A program made the translations under genes and the position numbers. Shown piece after piece: positions 53,103-64,000 of a stretch of 64,000 nt of DNA. Position 1 is the stretch's first letter; the number at the start of each line of letters is the position of its first letter. The notes beneath the pieces were generated by a model. That model was not told the origin of the DNA, did no database searches, and saw only the letters and a list, made by a program, of their open reading frames with translations. Origin of the DNA: an uncultured Methanoregulaceae archaeon (GTDB taxonomy: Archaea > Halobacteriota > Methanomicrobia > Methanomicrobiales > Methanospirillaceae); assembly GCA_963737635.1 (NCBI GenBank), contig CAVTTL010000001.1:1696001-1760000 (forward strand). Reading direction: 5' to 3'.

Positions 53103-54311
53103 TTATTCGTGCCTCAGCGCATCGATCGGGTTAAGGTTCGCCGCCTGCCACGCCGGGTACATACCGCAGGCGATACAGATGACAATCCCGAATCCGACCC
53201 CCTCCACCACCGAACTCATGCTGGCGATGGTGAACAGGTACTTGGTGGTGCCAAGCATCAGCGCACTCACCGCGAAGCCGGCAAAGATACAGAGGGCACC
53301 CCCGATCAGGCTCCCAATCACACCAATGATGGCAGCTTCGAAGATGAACATGCTCATCACCTCCCTTTTCTGGGTCCCGATGCTGCGCATGATCCCAATC
53401 TCTTTTATCCTCTCGTTAACCGACATCATCATGATATTGAAGATCGAGACGCCGGCGACGATCATCGAGATACCTCCTATAGCCTCAACAAAGGTCGTGA
53501 CCGTGCTAAACGTCGCGTAGATAGTGGAGAGTGTTGCCTTGCTGTCCGTTACGGTTACGGTCTTTTCCTTGATGTTCCGGTTGAGCTGGCTCTCGATGAT
53601 CGTTTTTACGGTTGCGGTATCGCCGCTCGTGACCTTCACGACCACTTCGTCGTACTCGTCCTTGTCGTTATACGTGCTCTCGAACCAGTCCTGGGTGGCA
53701 ACGATCGCGCTGTCAGTACTGATATCGAAGCTCATGCCCCGTTCAGGGATGATACCGGTGACCCGGAGTGTACCATACTGGCCGTCCTGCCCAATCGAGA
53801 TCCGCGATCCGACCTGGACGTTATGATCCGTGGCAAAAGTCGACCCTACCAGGCAGCCGGAATTGCCGTTGCTGTAATCACCGGCCTGGAGCGTGGGGAG
53901 CAGATCTTTTACCTTGTCTGTTGGAATGCCGTAAATGGTTGCCACGATATCATCGCTGCCCACCCCCACCTTCATGTGTTCCGATGTGGAGTGGATGGGG
54001 ATCGCGGTGTTGGGGGCGACAGCTCGCTGGATCTGCTCGTAGTTCTGGTAGGTGAGATACATGTTTTGGGAACTCCCGCTACTGCCACCGCCGCCCGGGC
54101 CCATGCCACCGCTGCCGGAGTAGGGTGTGACGATCACGCTGTCGCCTACAGAGGAGAGGCTGGAACTGATCTCCTGGGTCATGCTGTTCCCGAGAATCCC
54201 CATAGCCCCGATAGCGACGACACCGATGATGATCCCGAGCATGGCAAGGGTCGAACGCAGCATGTGGATCCGGATGTTTCGTTTTGAGATCTCCCAGAAT
54301 ATCGTACTCAT
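53103..54311 (-). CDS. MacB/FtsX-type ABC transporter permease
   Basis: RSTLAMLGIIIGV, NIMMMSVNERIKEIGIMRSIG, YPAWQAANLNPIDALR. Confidence 0.93.
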   Translation of the reverse strand: MSTIFWEISKRNIRIHMLRSTLAMLGIIIGVVAIGAMGILGNSMTQEISSSLSSVGDSVIVTPYSGSGGMGPGGGGSSGSSQNMYLTYQNYEQIQRAVAPNTAIPIHSTSEHMKVGVGSDDIVATIYGIPTDKVKDLLPTLQAGDYSNGNSGCLVGSTFATDHNVQVGSRISIGQDGQYGTLRVTGIIPERGMSFDISTDSAIVATQDWFESTYNDKDEYDEVVVKVTSGDTATVKTIIESQLNRNIKEKTVTVTDSKATLSTIYATFSTVTTFVEAIGGISMIVAGVSIFNIMMMSVNERIKEIGIMRSIGTQKREVMSMFIFEAAIIGVIGSLIGGALCIFAGFAVSALMLGTTKYLFTIASMSSVVEGVGFGIVICIACGMYPAWQAANLNPIDALRHE

Positions 54312-54997
54312 GCTGCAATTCTCCCGTCAACGATTCTGATAACCCGATCCGTGTATTCGGCAACATGGGGGTCATGCGTGACAATTATGATAGTCGAGCC
54401 CTTCCGGTTGAGCGACGTCATTAGCTCCATAATGCTTGCACCGGTCTTTGAATCGAGATTGCCTGTCGGTTCATCGCAGAGCAGGATATCAGGATCGTTG
54501 ATGAGCGCCCGGGCGATAGCGACCCGCTGCTGCTGTCCCCCGGACAATTCAAGAGGTGTATGGGTGAAGAGGAATTCGTCGAGCTTGACGGCACGCAGGA
54601 CTTCAACCGCTTTTTTTTCGTCAACCTGCTGCTGCGATTTAAGCATCTGGGGAAAGCTCACGTTCTCGACAATATTGAGCAGCGGGAAGAGGTTGAAGTA
54701 CTGGAAGATAAACCCGATATGGTCCCGCCGCAGGTTTGTCAGTTCGGTATCGCTCATATCCCGGACCCCAATGCTGCTCATGAAGATATTCCCTGTTGTC
54801 GGGGTATCGAGGCACCCCATCAGGTTCAGGAGTGTCGATTTGCCGGAGCCCGACGGGCCCATGATCGCGATGAACTCCCCGCGTTCCACTTCAAAAGAGA
54901 TGTGGTCGAGTGCGGTCACATCTCCTGATCTCAGCGGGTAGATCTTGACGACATCAGAAAACTGGATGACCGGTTGCATAGCGTACTGTCCTTTCAC
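54308..54997 (-). CDS. ABC transporter ATP-binding protein (LolD/MacB type)
   Basis: [36 protein letters not shown]. Confidence 0.95.
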   Translation of the reverse strand: MKGQYAMQPVIQFSDVVKIYPLRSGDVTALDHISFEVERGEFIAIMGPSGSGKSTLLNLMGCLDTPTTGNIFMSSIGVRDMSDTELTNLRRDHIGFIFQYFNLFPLLNIVENVSFPQMLKSQQQVDEKKAVEVLRAVKLDEFLFTHTPLELSGGQQQRVAIARALINDPDILLCDEPTGNLDSKTGASIMELMTSLNRKGSTIIIVTHDPHVAEYTDRVIRIVDGRIAA

Positions 54998-56262
54998 TGT
55001 TTTTTCTGTTTCTTCCGGTAGAGGTACCAGCCAGCGCCGCCGATAATGACAAGGACGATAACTATGCCGGGAATCACACTGGGCTGCTGGTTCGGATCTG
55101 AGGTATCAAGGATCCCGACGAGGCTGACCGGCTGTACCGATGCGATCACATTACCGTCTTTATCCTTGTACGATATCTGGAGCGGGACACTGGTTGTGCC
55201 CTGGGGGACGGAGAAGGTGACTTCGTAGGTCCCAAAATCATCCTGCTTAAGGGTGCCGATCACATAGGTGCCATCGGGGTCCTGAGGGGAAGCCGGGGAA
55301 AGGGACGTGACCGTGACACCATTTGCGGTGAGCAGGCCGGCGTTCGTGATATCCCCGGTAACCTGATAGACACCTTTAGTGAGGGTAATAACAACGTTGC
55401 TCATCACCGGGTTTGCCTGCGTTTTATCGACACCGAACTGGACCGGAAGCGTCAGATTCACTGAGTGGTAATTGTCGCCGTTATCGTACCCTACCGCCAA
55501 CGAGAGCGTGGTTTCCTCCGCCGGCATTGCAGTAAAGTTGATCGATGTACTGCTCTGCCCGGGCAAGTCGCCGATATAGATCTTGGATGGCGAAAGGGTG
55601 ACGTTATTCCCGGTGACATCAAGGATGACGTTATGCACATCGTTATCACGGGGATTTGCGATCTGTACGCAGATCGTGTCTTTCTTACCCTGGGTAAAGG
55701 CATCCGGCCGGCTCAGGATGGTCATGACCAGCGGCCGATTGTCGACCTTGACCATTCCCTGGTAATGCATACCCTGCCCGTCCTGGAATGTTATCGAGAA
55801 TGTCGGGTAGTAAATGCCATCGGTTGCATTGGTCGTTATCGAGAAAGTATACTCCTGGGTCTGGAGAGGTCCGATATTGAACGTCGCATCATACATACCA
55901 CTGGTGAGATCCATGTCGTTATCGCTGAACGCCGCGTGGTTGACCACCATGCTCGTGTTCGTATTCCCGTTGGTCACCGAATAGGTGACTGTCCCGCTAT
56001 CGCCGGTGAAAAAAACGGCCGGGTCGTACGTGATATTGGACACATACACGTTCGAATCGGCGGTCATGGAATACGGTGTCGGGTATGCCGATACCGGTAC
56101 TGTCAGGACGCCCATGGTCACGAGAAGGACGAAAAATATCCCGGATACTGAACAATTGCGGGAGAGAAACGTGCTGTTTCCGCCCCGGGAAAGAATCCCT
56201 CCGACACCTGCTGCCGGATACCGGGTTTTTGGATCTGTGGTGGTGAGTTTCAAATCAGACAT
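54994..56262 (-). CDS. COG1361-like surface protein associated with the ABC exporter
   Basis: Signal peptide, DPAVFFTGD, IYIGDL, YVIGTL..DDF..YEVTF, C-terminal TM plus basic tail. Confidence 0.8.
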   Translation of the reverse strand: MSDLKLTTTDPKTRYPAAGVGGILSRGGNSTFLSRNCSVSGIFFVLLVTMGVLTVPVSAYPTPYSMTADSNVYVSNITYDPAVFFTGDSGTVTYSVTNGNTNTSMVVNHAAFSDNDMDLTSGMYDATFNIGPLQTQEYTFSITTNATDGIYYPTFSITFQDGQGMHYQGMVKVDNRPLVMTILSRPDAFTQGKKDTICVQIANPRDNDVHNVILDVTGNNVTLSPSKIYIGDLPGQSSTSINFTAMPAEETTLSLAVGYDNGDNYHSVNLTLPVQFGVDKTQANPVMSNVVITLTKGVYQVTGDITNAGLLTANGVTVTSLSPASPQDPDGTYVIGTLKQDDFGTYEVTFSVPQGTTSVPLQISYKDKDGNVIASVQPVSLVGILDTSDPNQQPSVIPGIVIVLVIIGGAGWYLYRKKQKKQ

Positions 56263-56347
56263 TAAGGTTTCCTCATGTTGAAAGAACGGGTTTTTACTAC
56301 ACCTGTTACTATAGGGTTTGATCCCAAACTAATAAAAGTTCCCGGTC

Positions 56348-56371
56348 GAGTAGTTAAATTTTTAACAACTC
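56348..56371. promoter_or_regulatory. Palindromic operator in the divergent trmB / ABC promoter
   Basis: GAGTAGTTAAA-TT-TTTAACAACTC (10/11 complementary), 18 nt before the regulator ATG. Confidence 0.6.
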
Positions 56372-56389
56372 AAAATAATTATCATTTAT

Positions 56390-57235
56390 ATGGATAGTAT
56401 TCCAGCGCATCTCGTAAAATCGCTCGCTGACTTGGGATTATCCACCTATGAAGCGAAAGTATACGCCGCGCTGATGCAGTATGATAATGCAGAGGCAAAA
56501 GATCTTACGGAGTACCTGTCAATCTCAAAGCCAAGCGTGTATGAGACCTTGGATCATCTGGCAGAAATGGGACTGACCGTAAAACGAGCCTCAAAACCGG
56601 CGCGGTACAGTGCAGTTTCACCGGAGATGGCTATCGACCTGCTCATGGGGAATCATAAGGTGGCAGCGGACCGGGCGCTGGAGGCATTAAAAAACTAGAA
56701 AAAGAGAAGGTGCGTACCGAACAGGAGGAGGCGCTCTGGACCATTTACGGCGATGCCAATATCGGGTACAAAATCCGGGATCTGTTTGGCAAGGCCAAAA
56801 AACAGATCCAGTGCATGATCGGGGAACGATATCTTCCGTTTATGGAAAATATCCGGATGAAGATATCTCGCTCAACCTGATCGTGATCTCCGGTTCCCGG
56901 ATCTCGAAAAGGAACTGAAGGTGTGGTTCCCGGGAAAGAACGCCGCTATCCATGTAATCTTACCGGATAAATTTGCCGAGCCGCCACCCTTTGCACCGCC
57001 GGAATTCGAGGAAATTCACAAAATGATGAACGTCGAGAACGCTCTCGAACTGATCGTCGATGACGACGAAATGCTCATGGTGCCACCGTTCATATCAGGC
57101 AGCGTTTCGGCCCTTAGCACCAAGAACAAGGGTGCTATCCTCCAGATGAAAATATTCAGCCAGTTCAACTGGAAACGGCTCATCGAGGGGGTCGAATTTC
57201 CTTGCCCTCCGGGACCTGATAGGAAAAAGAAATGA
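56390..57235 (+). CDS. TrmB-family transcriptional regulator, split by several apparent indels
   Basis: LGLSTYEAKVYAAL...KPSVYETL..L...GL...KPARYSAVSP. Continues out of frame as LEKEKVRTEQEEALWTIYG and then ORF 56921-57235. Confidence 0.82.
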
Positions 57236-57495
57236 TGGCGGGATCCCAATGGATCCTACATTTTCTTACGATGTCTCTACAACTCAAACGAAGATTCCCC
57301 TGACCGGACGTTCATTCCATCCTGCCGAATAATCTAGGATAATGTTTTGGCACACGAATGAATCATACGTTCTGACGTTACAAAAGTTGAAAACTAAGAA
57401 CACCTTTTTTAACTGGTTTACGATATTGAGTGACCGGCAGCTTGTTCACGGAAAAACCGTTAATCATTTCAGGCTGCTTCAAATGGAGTGGTAAC

Positions 57496-57684
57496 ATGTG
57501 TAAAATGGTAGGAGCTGTACTATTATTCTTGATTGGGCTTGCCTTGCTGGCTGGCGGAATTACGGCCATGGGAACACTTTACATGACCAGCATTTGCCTT
57601 ATTATTGCCGGTATCCTGACAATTATCCTGGCAATTGCCATGGCAATGATGAAAAAACACGAAATGATGGCCCCGGCTAAATAA
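57496..57684 (+). CDS. Small 2-TM membrane protein
   Basis: GGAGTGG RBS, 62 aa, two hydrophobic helices, T-rich terminator. Confidence 0.6.
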   Translation: MCKMVGAVLLFLIGLALLAGGITAMGTLYMTSICLIIAGILTIILAIAMAMMKKHEMMAPAK

Positions 57685-57811
57685 TCCCTCCTTTTTTGGT
57701 CCGCACGCATTTGCCCCTTTCATCTCTCATAGCTAGATGAATTTTTTTCCGTAGGTTCGTTTCAAAACCCGGATCGAAAGCCAACGTATATATCGGACAC
57801 CGGTCGGAGAC

Positions 57812-60237
57812 ATGGGTATGGGCAATGTACACTATATCCGCTGGTTTGCGGAGATCAGGAACGAGGACGTCGCGAGCGTCGGGGGCAAGAACGCCTCGCT
57901 TGGCGAAATGTACCAGGATCTGACAAAGGCCGGCGTAAAGATCCCAAACGGGTTTGCCATAACTGCCGATGCGTACTGGCGGGTGGTAAAGACCGGTGAC
58001 ATTATCGACAGCATCAAGAAAAACCTTGCCGGTCTCGATAAAACTGATATGGCTGATCTCGCAAGCCGGGGAAAGAAAGTCCGGGACCTGATTCTCGGCG
58101 CCGGCATCCCCGACGATATATGGGACGAGATTCGCCTGGCGTACGACAGGTTGTGCGAAGAATACGGATCCGACACCGATGTTGCGGTCAGGAGCTCTGC
58201 GACCGCAGAGGATCTCCCCACCGCCTCTTTTGCTGGTCAACAGGAGACCTATCTCAATATACGCGGGTATAATGCACTCAGGGAGGCCTGCAGCAAATGT
58301 TTTGCGTCCCTTTTTACTGACAGGGCAATATCGTACCGGATCGATCAGAAATTTGATCATTTCAAAGTCGCGCTCTCGATCGGGGTCATGAAGATGATCC
58401 GATCCGACTTAGCATCAAGCGGCGTGATCTTCACGCTTGACACCGAGACTGGGTTCCGTGACGTCGTCTTTATCACCGGCTCGTATGGCCTTGGCGAGAA
58501 CATCGTGCAGGGTGCTGTGAACCCGGACGAGTTTTACGTCTTCAAACCGACGGCACGGACCGGGCACCGGGCCATCATCAGGAAGAATCTTGGCGATAAG
58601 AAGATCAAGATGATCTACGGTCAGGGTACTTCTAAGGTCCTCACCAGAAATGTCGACGTCCCTGAATCAGACAGCCGCCGGTTCTGTATAACCGATGATG
58701 AGATCCTTGCGCTGGCACAGTATGCCATAAAGATCGAGGATCATTACTCCGAAAAGGCACACCAGCTTGTCCCGATGGACATCGAATGGGCAAAAGACGG
58801 GCTGACGGGAGAACTCTTCATCGTCCAAGCACGGCCTGAGACCGTCCACTCGCAGGAAGCAATGGATATTCTTGTAACGTATCATCTGGATCAGCGGGGA
58901 CAAGTGCTTGCACGGGGAAAAGGGGTGGGTGAAAAGATAGCGACCGGTAGGGCACGGGTAATCTCTGACATAAGCCATCTTGGGGAGTTCCATCCCGGCG
59001 AGATTCTTGTCGCCGATACGACAAACCCTGACTGGGAACCAGTCATGAAGACCGCCGCGGCAATTATTACCAACCGCGGAGGGCGGACCTGCCATGCCGC
59101 AATTGTCAGCCGGGAGCTGGGGGTTGCAGCGATTGTGGGAACAAACGATGCGACAGAAAAGATCCGGACGGCCAGGAGATTACGGTGAACTGTTCAGAGG
59201 GAGATGAGGGGATCGTCTATGAAGGGGTCCTTCCCTTCCATGTCGAAAAAATATCCCTTAAGGGCCTTGTGCGCCCCAAGACGTTAATCATGATGAATCT
59301 GGGGGAACCGGACCAAGCTTTTGCCCTCTCGATGATCCCCAACGACGGCATCGGGCTTGCCCGGATGGAGTTTGTCATCAACAACTATATCAAAATCCAC
59401 CCGATGGCACTGGTTCACCCAGAAAAAGTTACCGATGAGACCGTGAAGACACGAATAAGTGACCTTATCTATGGATATGGAAACCCGGAAGAATATTTTG
59501 TTGAGAAGTTGTCCCAAGGCATCGGGACAATTGCGGCCGCGTTTTATCCAAAACCGGTTGTCGTCCGTATGAGCGACTTCAAGACCAACGAGTATGCCGA
59601 TCTCCTCGGGGGAAGATACTTCGAGCCCGGGGAGTCAAACCCAATGCTCGGCTTCCGTGGGGCGTCCCGGTACTACGATGAAAGGTACCGCGAAGGCTTT
59701 GCCCTTGAATGCCGTGCGATGAAACGAGTACTGGAAGAAATGGGGCTGACAAACCTGATCCTTATGATCCCGTTCTGCCGGACGGTCGATGAGGGTGAAA
59801 AAGTGCTGGCCGAGATGGCAAAGAACGGGCTTATGCGAGGTAAGGATGGGCTTGAGGTCTATGTCATGTGCGAGATCCCCAATAACATCCTCCGCATTGA
59901 TGAATTCAACCGGTTGTTCGACGGATTCTCTATCGGTTCAAATGACCTGACCCAGCTGACTCTTGGGGTGGACCGGGACTCTATGGTGGTTGCCCACGAC
60001 TTTGATGAACGGGACCCCGGCGTTATGAAATTCGTATCCATGGCGATACAGGGTGCGCACCGGAACAATCGTCATTCCGGGCTCTGCGGGCAGGCGCCAA
60101 GTGACTATCCTGAGTTTGCCGAGTTCCTGGTAAGGGAACGCATAGAATCAATCTCTCTTAACCCGGACTCGGTGATGAAGATCACCCTGAAAGTACTTGC
60201 AATGGAAGAACAAATGGCCGGAGAGAGAACAAAATAG
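57812..60237 (+). CDS. ppsA: Phosphoenolpyruvate synthase, apparent frameshift near 59169
   Basis: VGGKNASLGEM, AVRSSATAED, SFAGQQET, GGRTCHAAIVSRE phospho-His motif, GLARMEF, SIGSNDLTQ, CGQAPSD. Confidence 0.95.
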
Positions 60238-60438
60238 AGCGAAGTGATCACATTTTTTCATAATTTTTCGGCGATTATTCCTTGTTTTTCAATAGGATTG
60301 TTCATTATGAGTCACATAGAGTGACAACTGCAAAAAAATTTATAATGAGACGTTATCAATGTCGCACCTGATTCAAACAGGCCGTGAGAGATGGGTTGCG
60401 GTACATTCAATTGGGGGAAACAGAGGAGGGATTTAATT

Positions 60439-60860
60439 ATGAAACGGGGCGTGAATCTTAGCAAACGGGCAGCCAGTATTATAATAGTTCTTTTCTGTCT
60501 CACGATGATCGGCACTGTTTCTGCTGCCGATCCGCAAGGAGCAAATCAAGCGATCTGGGGCAACATGACACCGGCTTCCCCGAGCTATCAGAATACAAAT
60601 AGCAGCACGTGGAACCAGATGCCGATTATGAGCCATGGATATGTGATGATGAGGTCCAGGTACGGTCACCGGATACAGATGGCAAACTGGGGAACGGGAA
60701 ATGGCGCCATGATGGGGGGAAGTTCCGGCATCATGTACGCAGGGTTCATTGTTTTCGGTATGATGCTCGTGTACTCTTAGTTATCGTATGGATCATCGTC
60801 GGTATACTTCTAGTCATCCTGCTCTGGAAAAAAATTCAGAAAGAGAACAAAACACTGTAA
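60439..60860 (+). CDS. Secreted Met/Gly-rich protein with C-terminal membrane anchor, indel near 60775
   Basis: GGAGG RBS, signal peptide ending VSA, GAMMGG, and a TM plus KKIQKE tail in the second frame. Confidence 0.6.
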
Positions 60861-60908
60861 AATCCAGAAGGGTGTAAGATAAAAAAATCTCTTCATTTTC
60901 CGGTTTCT

Positions 60909-61415
60909 TTAAGTAAAAACCGCTGTGAAAATGCTGTTGATACCTAAGTGAATGATAATACATACTGAGAGGATCATACCTGATACGACAAGCGCCATTG
61001 CGGTATTGCCGTATTTAATTTCACGGAGTACATCTACCGTGGGACTGACGCGGGCGATGATATACATTACCAGATAAATGGATCCAATAGCAAGAAAGAT
61101 ACTCAGCCCGAGCTCAATAATTATGGATACTATCTGAAGGGCTCCTACAATCGTGAACATTCCTCCAGCCACGATGCTATTCAGACCTGTGAGGATTGCT
61201 TGAATACCGGCATATGCCGGAATGGAAATACCGATAAAAATTGAAGCAATAAAGAAACCAACAGCTATGTTTCCCTTTTTAATTTCTCCTGGGGCATCGA
61301 ACCCTCCGGTAAGGTGGTTGAAGGTAAATAACCCGGCATAAAGCGCGATCACAGAAAAAATGATAGCAACGATCATCTGGATTAATCCTGTAAATACATA
61401 AGCCACCAACGCCAT
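60909..61415 (-). CDS. DUF350 membrane protein (two repeats)
   Basis: EIKKGNIAVG and EIKYGNTAMAL repeats, four TMs. Confidence 0.82.
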   Translation of the reverse strand: MALVAYVFTGLIQMIVAIIFSVIALYAGLFTFNHLTGGFDAPGEIKKGNIAVGFFIASIFIGISIPAYAGIQAILTGLNSIVAGGMFTIVGALQIVSIIIELGLSIFLAIGSIYLVMYIIARVSPTVDVLREIKYGNTAMALVVSGMILSVCIIIHLGINSIFTAVFT

Positions 61416-61735
61416 TTTTACTGATCCTTGAGTTTTTATTACCCGGTACAACTACTTACACAGATTTAATAAACGTATCCTGCACCAGTACCGATCCGTC
61501 ATTAATTCTTCTTCGTATCCCGCTTGACCTTATGATCTCAGGGTAAATCTGCCAGCACGTTATAACAACTGATCAAAGACCGGCAACTGGATCTTTCATC
61601 GTTTGTTTCAAGTTTTGTTTTTGGGAAATAATCCTTTAAGTGTTCTCATCGAAGTCAACTCAGGTCGGAATGCTCTGACGAGCCCTTTCTAGGGTTTTCC
61701 GGGGCAATACTCATTTCAATGGAGGAGGATTTTCT

Positions 61736-61879
61736 ATGGTAAATGTGTCTGCAGAAGGGCAGATCTACCGATGCGAGATCTGCGGGAATGTGGTAATCGT
61801 GCGGGAAGCTGGCGGTGGAGAACTGGTCTGCCACGGTCAGCCCATGAAACTGGAAAGTGAAGGTACGGACAAATCCTGA
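61736..61879 (+). CDS. Desulforedoxin-like mini-protein (47 aa)
   Basis: Below the ORF-track cutoff. GGAGGAGG RBS; MVNVSAEGQIYRCEICGNVVIVREAGGGELVCHGQPMKLESEGTDKS*. Confidence 0.85.
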   Translation: MVNVSAEGQIYRCEICGNVVIVREAGGGELVCHGQPMKLESEGTDKS

Positions 61880-61925
61880 ATAAATAGAGAGAAGAAATTA
61901 AGGTCTTTATTTGATCAACCGGTGA

Positions 61926-62963
61926 TTATAGCGCAGGTTTTGTTTTGAGGGCCGCAACCAGCAGGTTGACACCAGCTTCAATATCCCCGATGTCCAGCAC
62001 TTCAACCGGCGAATGGATGTATCTCGTGGGCGGGCTGATAGTAGTGCTTGGGACTCCACCGCGGGACAGATGAATGGAGGTCGCATCGGTTGTTCCCCCG
62101 GTTCCGACTTCGAACTGCACCGGGATTGCATGGGACTCAGCGGTCTCTTTGAGCCACTGGACAACCTTGCGGTTTGCGATAAGTCCTCTCCCGCTGCTGT
62201 CCACGATCGTAATGACCGGCCCTTTTCCCATCTCGACTGCCGCATCTTTCATATCAATGCCCGGGTGATCTCCGGGAATGGTAACATCTGTCGCAATAGC
62301 CCAATCGGGATCAATAGTATAGGCACTGGTTTTTGCGCCTTTGAGCCCGACTTCTTCCTGAACGGTAAAGACTGCGTAGACTGTAAATGGGGATTTCACC
62401 TTCTGCATGGTTTTGACCAGCATCGCAACACCGGCGCGGTTATCAAATGCCTTCCCGGTAACGTGATTGTTCGCGAGCTCAGTGAACTCCCGGTCGATCG
62501 TTACGGGTGTCCCGATCTCGATGCCGAGTTCCGCGACATCATCCTTGTTTTTTGCGCCGACATCGATGAACATATCATCTGTTTTCACTCCTTTTTTCCG
62601 CTCTTCCTCATCCATCATGTGAGGAGGCTTACCCCCGATGACTCCTATCCGGTCGCCGTTCGACCCGTGGACAATGACGCGCTGGTTATAGAGAGTCGGC
62701 GCATACCATCCACCTAGCGTGATAAACCGAAGAAATCCTTTGTCATCGATATACTTGACCATAAGTCCGATCTCATCCATATGGGCTGCAAGCATTACCT
62801 TTGCCTTATTCCCGTGCTTGACGGCGATAAGGTTACCCATAGTATCCTCGGTGATCTCGTCGACGTGTCCTTTAAGTTCCTTCTTAATAAGGGCAAATAC
62901 GCTGCCTTCACTGCCCGATACCCCGTGGGCATTGGACAGTTTCCGTAAGAGTTCCTTTACCAT
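61926..62963 (-). CDS. M42-family (TET) aminopeptidase
   Basis: GVSGSE, AAHMDEIG, KAFDNRAG, VQEEVGL.GA, GGTTDA, RYIHSPVE. Start at MVKELL. Confidence 0.93.
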   Translation of the reverse strand: MVKELLRKLSNAHGVSGSEGSVFALIKKELKGHVDEITEDTMGNLIAVKHGNKAKVMLAAHMDEIGLMVKYIDDKGFLRFITLGGWYAPTLYNQRVIVHGSNGDRIGVIGGKPPHMMDEEERKKGVKTDDMFIDVGAKNKDDVAELGIEIGTPVTIDREFTELANNHVTGKAFDNRAGVAMLVKTMQKVKSPFTVYAVFTVQEEVGLKGAKTSAYTIDPDWAIATDVTIPGDHPGIDMKDAAVEMGKGPVITIVDSSGRGLIANRKVVQWLKETAESHAIPVQFEVGTGGTTDATSIHLSRGGVPSTTISPPTRYIHSPVEVLDIGDIEAGVNLLVAALKTKPAL

Positions 62964-62964
62964 A

Positions 62965-64000
62965 TTACTCTCCTGTTGCCTTTTTGATCCTATCAAGGGC
63001 TCGCATGAGGTTTTCCCGTGAAGCGGCATAACTCAGCCGGGCATAGTCTGGCGCGTTTGCACCAAATGCTGACCCCGGGGTGAGAATAACGCCGTTGTCG
63101 ATAATTTTCTGTACAAGCGCCGGCTTCATCGGTACAAACGCGTAAAACGCGCCTTCGGGGACAGGAAAAGAGAAACCGATGTCAGATAGGCCTTTGCAAA
63201 GCAGGTCGCGGCGCGCACGGTACTCTTCCCTCATCTGGCGGACCGGTATCTGATCCCCAGTGTAGGCTGCGAGCGCCGCATATTGGGAGATTGATGTAGC
63301 ACACGCTTGGCAGTACTGGTGCACCTTGAGGCACTGGCCGACAATTTCGGGAGATGCGGCAAGATATCCCAGCCGCCAGCCGGTCATCGCGTAGGTCTTG
63401 CTTGCCGCATTAATCGTAACGACATTGTCCCCAAACAGTGCTGCACTCCGGTGTTTTTTGCCGTAGATGAAATGCTCGTAAACTTCATCGCTGACAACCG
63501 TAACACCGGCATCATGTGCATACTCGACCAAGGCCTTGATCGACTCCCCACTTTCCACGGCACCCGTCGGATTTGACGGCGAATTTAGGACAAACACGCG
63601 GGCGCCATCCATCAGTGCCTGAGCCCGCTCGAGATCGATATGGAATGTTTCATCCAGCGAGACACCTACAGGCCTACCGCCGGCAAGTGTTGCAAGCGCC
63701 GCATAGGAAACAAAGCCAGGGTCGGCACAGAGTACCACGTCCCCTTCACTCACCAGTGCCTGCATGACGATGTGGAGCGCCTCGCTCGCACCGGCAGTGA
63801 CAAGAACCTGATCCGGCGTATAATGCACTTCGTTTTCTTTTCTGAATTTGGTACTGATCGCATCCCTGAGTTCGGGAATTCCCGTGTTCACCGTGTACCC
63901 GGTCTTTCCTTCACGGATTGCGGCAATGGCAGCATCCTTGATGTGTTGCGGTGTATCAAAATCCGGCTGGCCAAGGCCGAGATTTATCGAGTTCGGTCCC
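62965..64000 (-). CDS. PLP-dependent class I/II (aspartate-type) aminotransferase, 5' end beyond window
   Basis: INLGLGQPDFDTP at the edge, NSPSNPTG, SDEVYE, SKTYAMTGWRLG, GAFY. Confidence 0.93.
   Translation of the reverse strand, partial: GPNSINLGLGQPDFDTPQHIKDAAIAAIREGKTGYTVNTGIPELRDAISTKFRKENEVHYTPDQVLVTAGASEALHIVMQALVSEGDVVLCADPGFVSYAALATLAGGRPVGVSLDETFHIDLERAQALMDGARVFVLNSPSNPTGAVESGESIKALVEYAHDAGVTVVSDEVYEHFIYGKKHRSAALFGDNVVTINAASKTYAMTGWRLGYLAASPEIVGQCLKVHQYCQACATSISQYAALAAYTGDQIPVRQMREEYRARRDLLCKGLSDIGFSFPVPEGAFYAFVPMKPALVQKIIDNGVILTPGSAFGANAPDYARLSYAASRENLMRALDRIKKATGE

Noticed and set aside
5863-60860. Many split genes (mdh, polB, uvrB, feoB, queC, encapsulin, receiver, archaemetzincin, trmB, ppsA) as programmed frameshifts or mass pseudogenisation
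   Set aside because: Nearly all are fixed by one base, mostly in short G/C/T runs. Essential genes such as polB are affected, and no common slippery site is present. Long-read indel error is the simplest explanation; read polishing would confirm it.

Overview
Chromosomal window from a methanogenic archaeon, most likely Methanomicrobiales (Methanoregula-like). The call rests on FwdB, methanogenesis marker 2, MtxX, an archaeal histone, TBP, RFC-L, archaeal MAT and a form III RuBisCO. Most of the window is housekeeping and stress genes: polB, dispersed uvrA/B/C plus recQ, a DtxR-feoA-feoA-feoB-feoC iron-uptake operon, queC, hisGAB, ppsA and an M42 peptidase. About a dozen genes are split by single-base indels, mostly in short base runs, which points to uncorrected long-read errors rather than true pseudogenes. 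The ORF track misses four elements: an AT-rich type I-B cas8b (Csh1/TM1802-like) running off the left edge, a 45-aa Lys-rich small protein, a desulforedoxin-like mini-protein with Cys-to-His, and an IS481-like transposase relic. Main leads: (1) a Family 1 encapsulin with a ferritin-like cargo and its own palindromic operator; (2) an orphan FwdB with an altered RGH motif; (3) a shared TGATTATAHACA operator in three neighbouring promoters, linking a wHTH-PAS regulator, a receiver protein and three tandem COG1361 surface proteins; (4) the unexplained ~600 bp leader in front of cas8b. No CRISPR array, tRNA or rRNA was recognised. All family calls are from motif recognition by eye; no searches were run.
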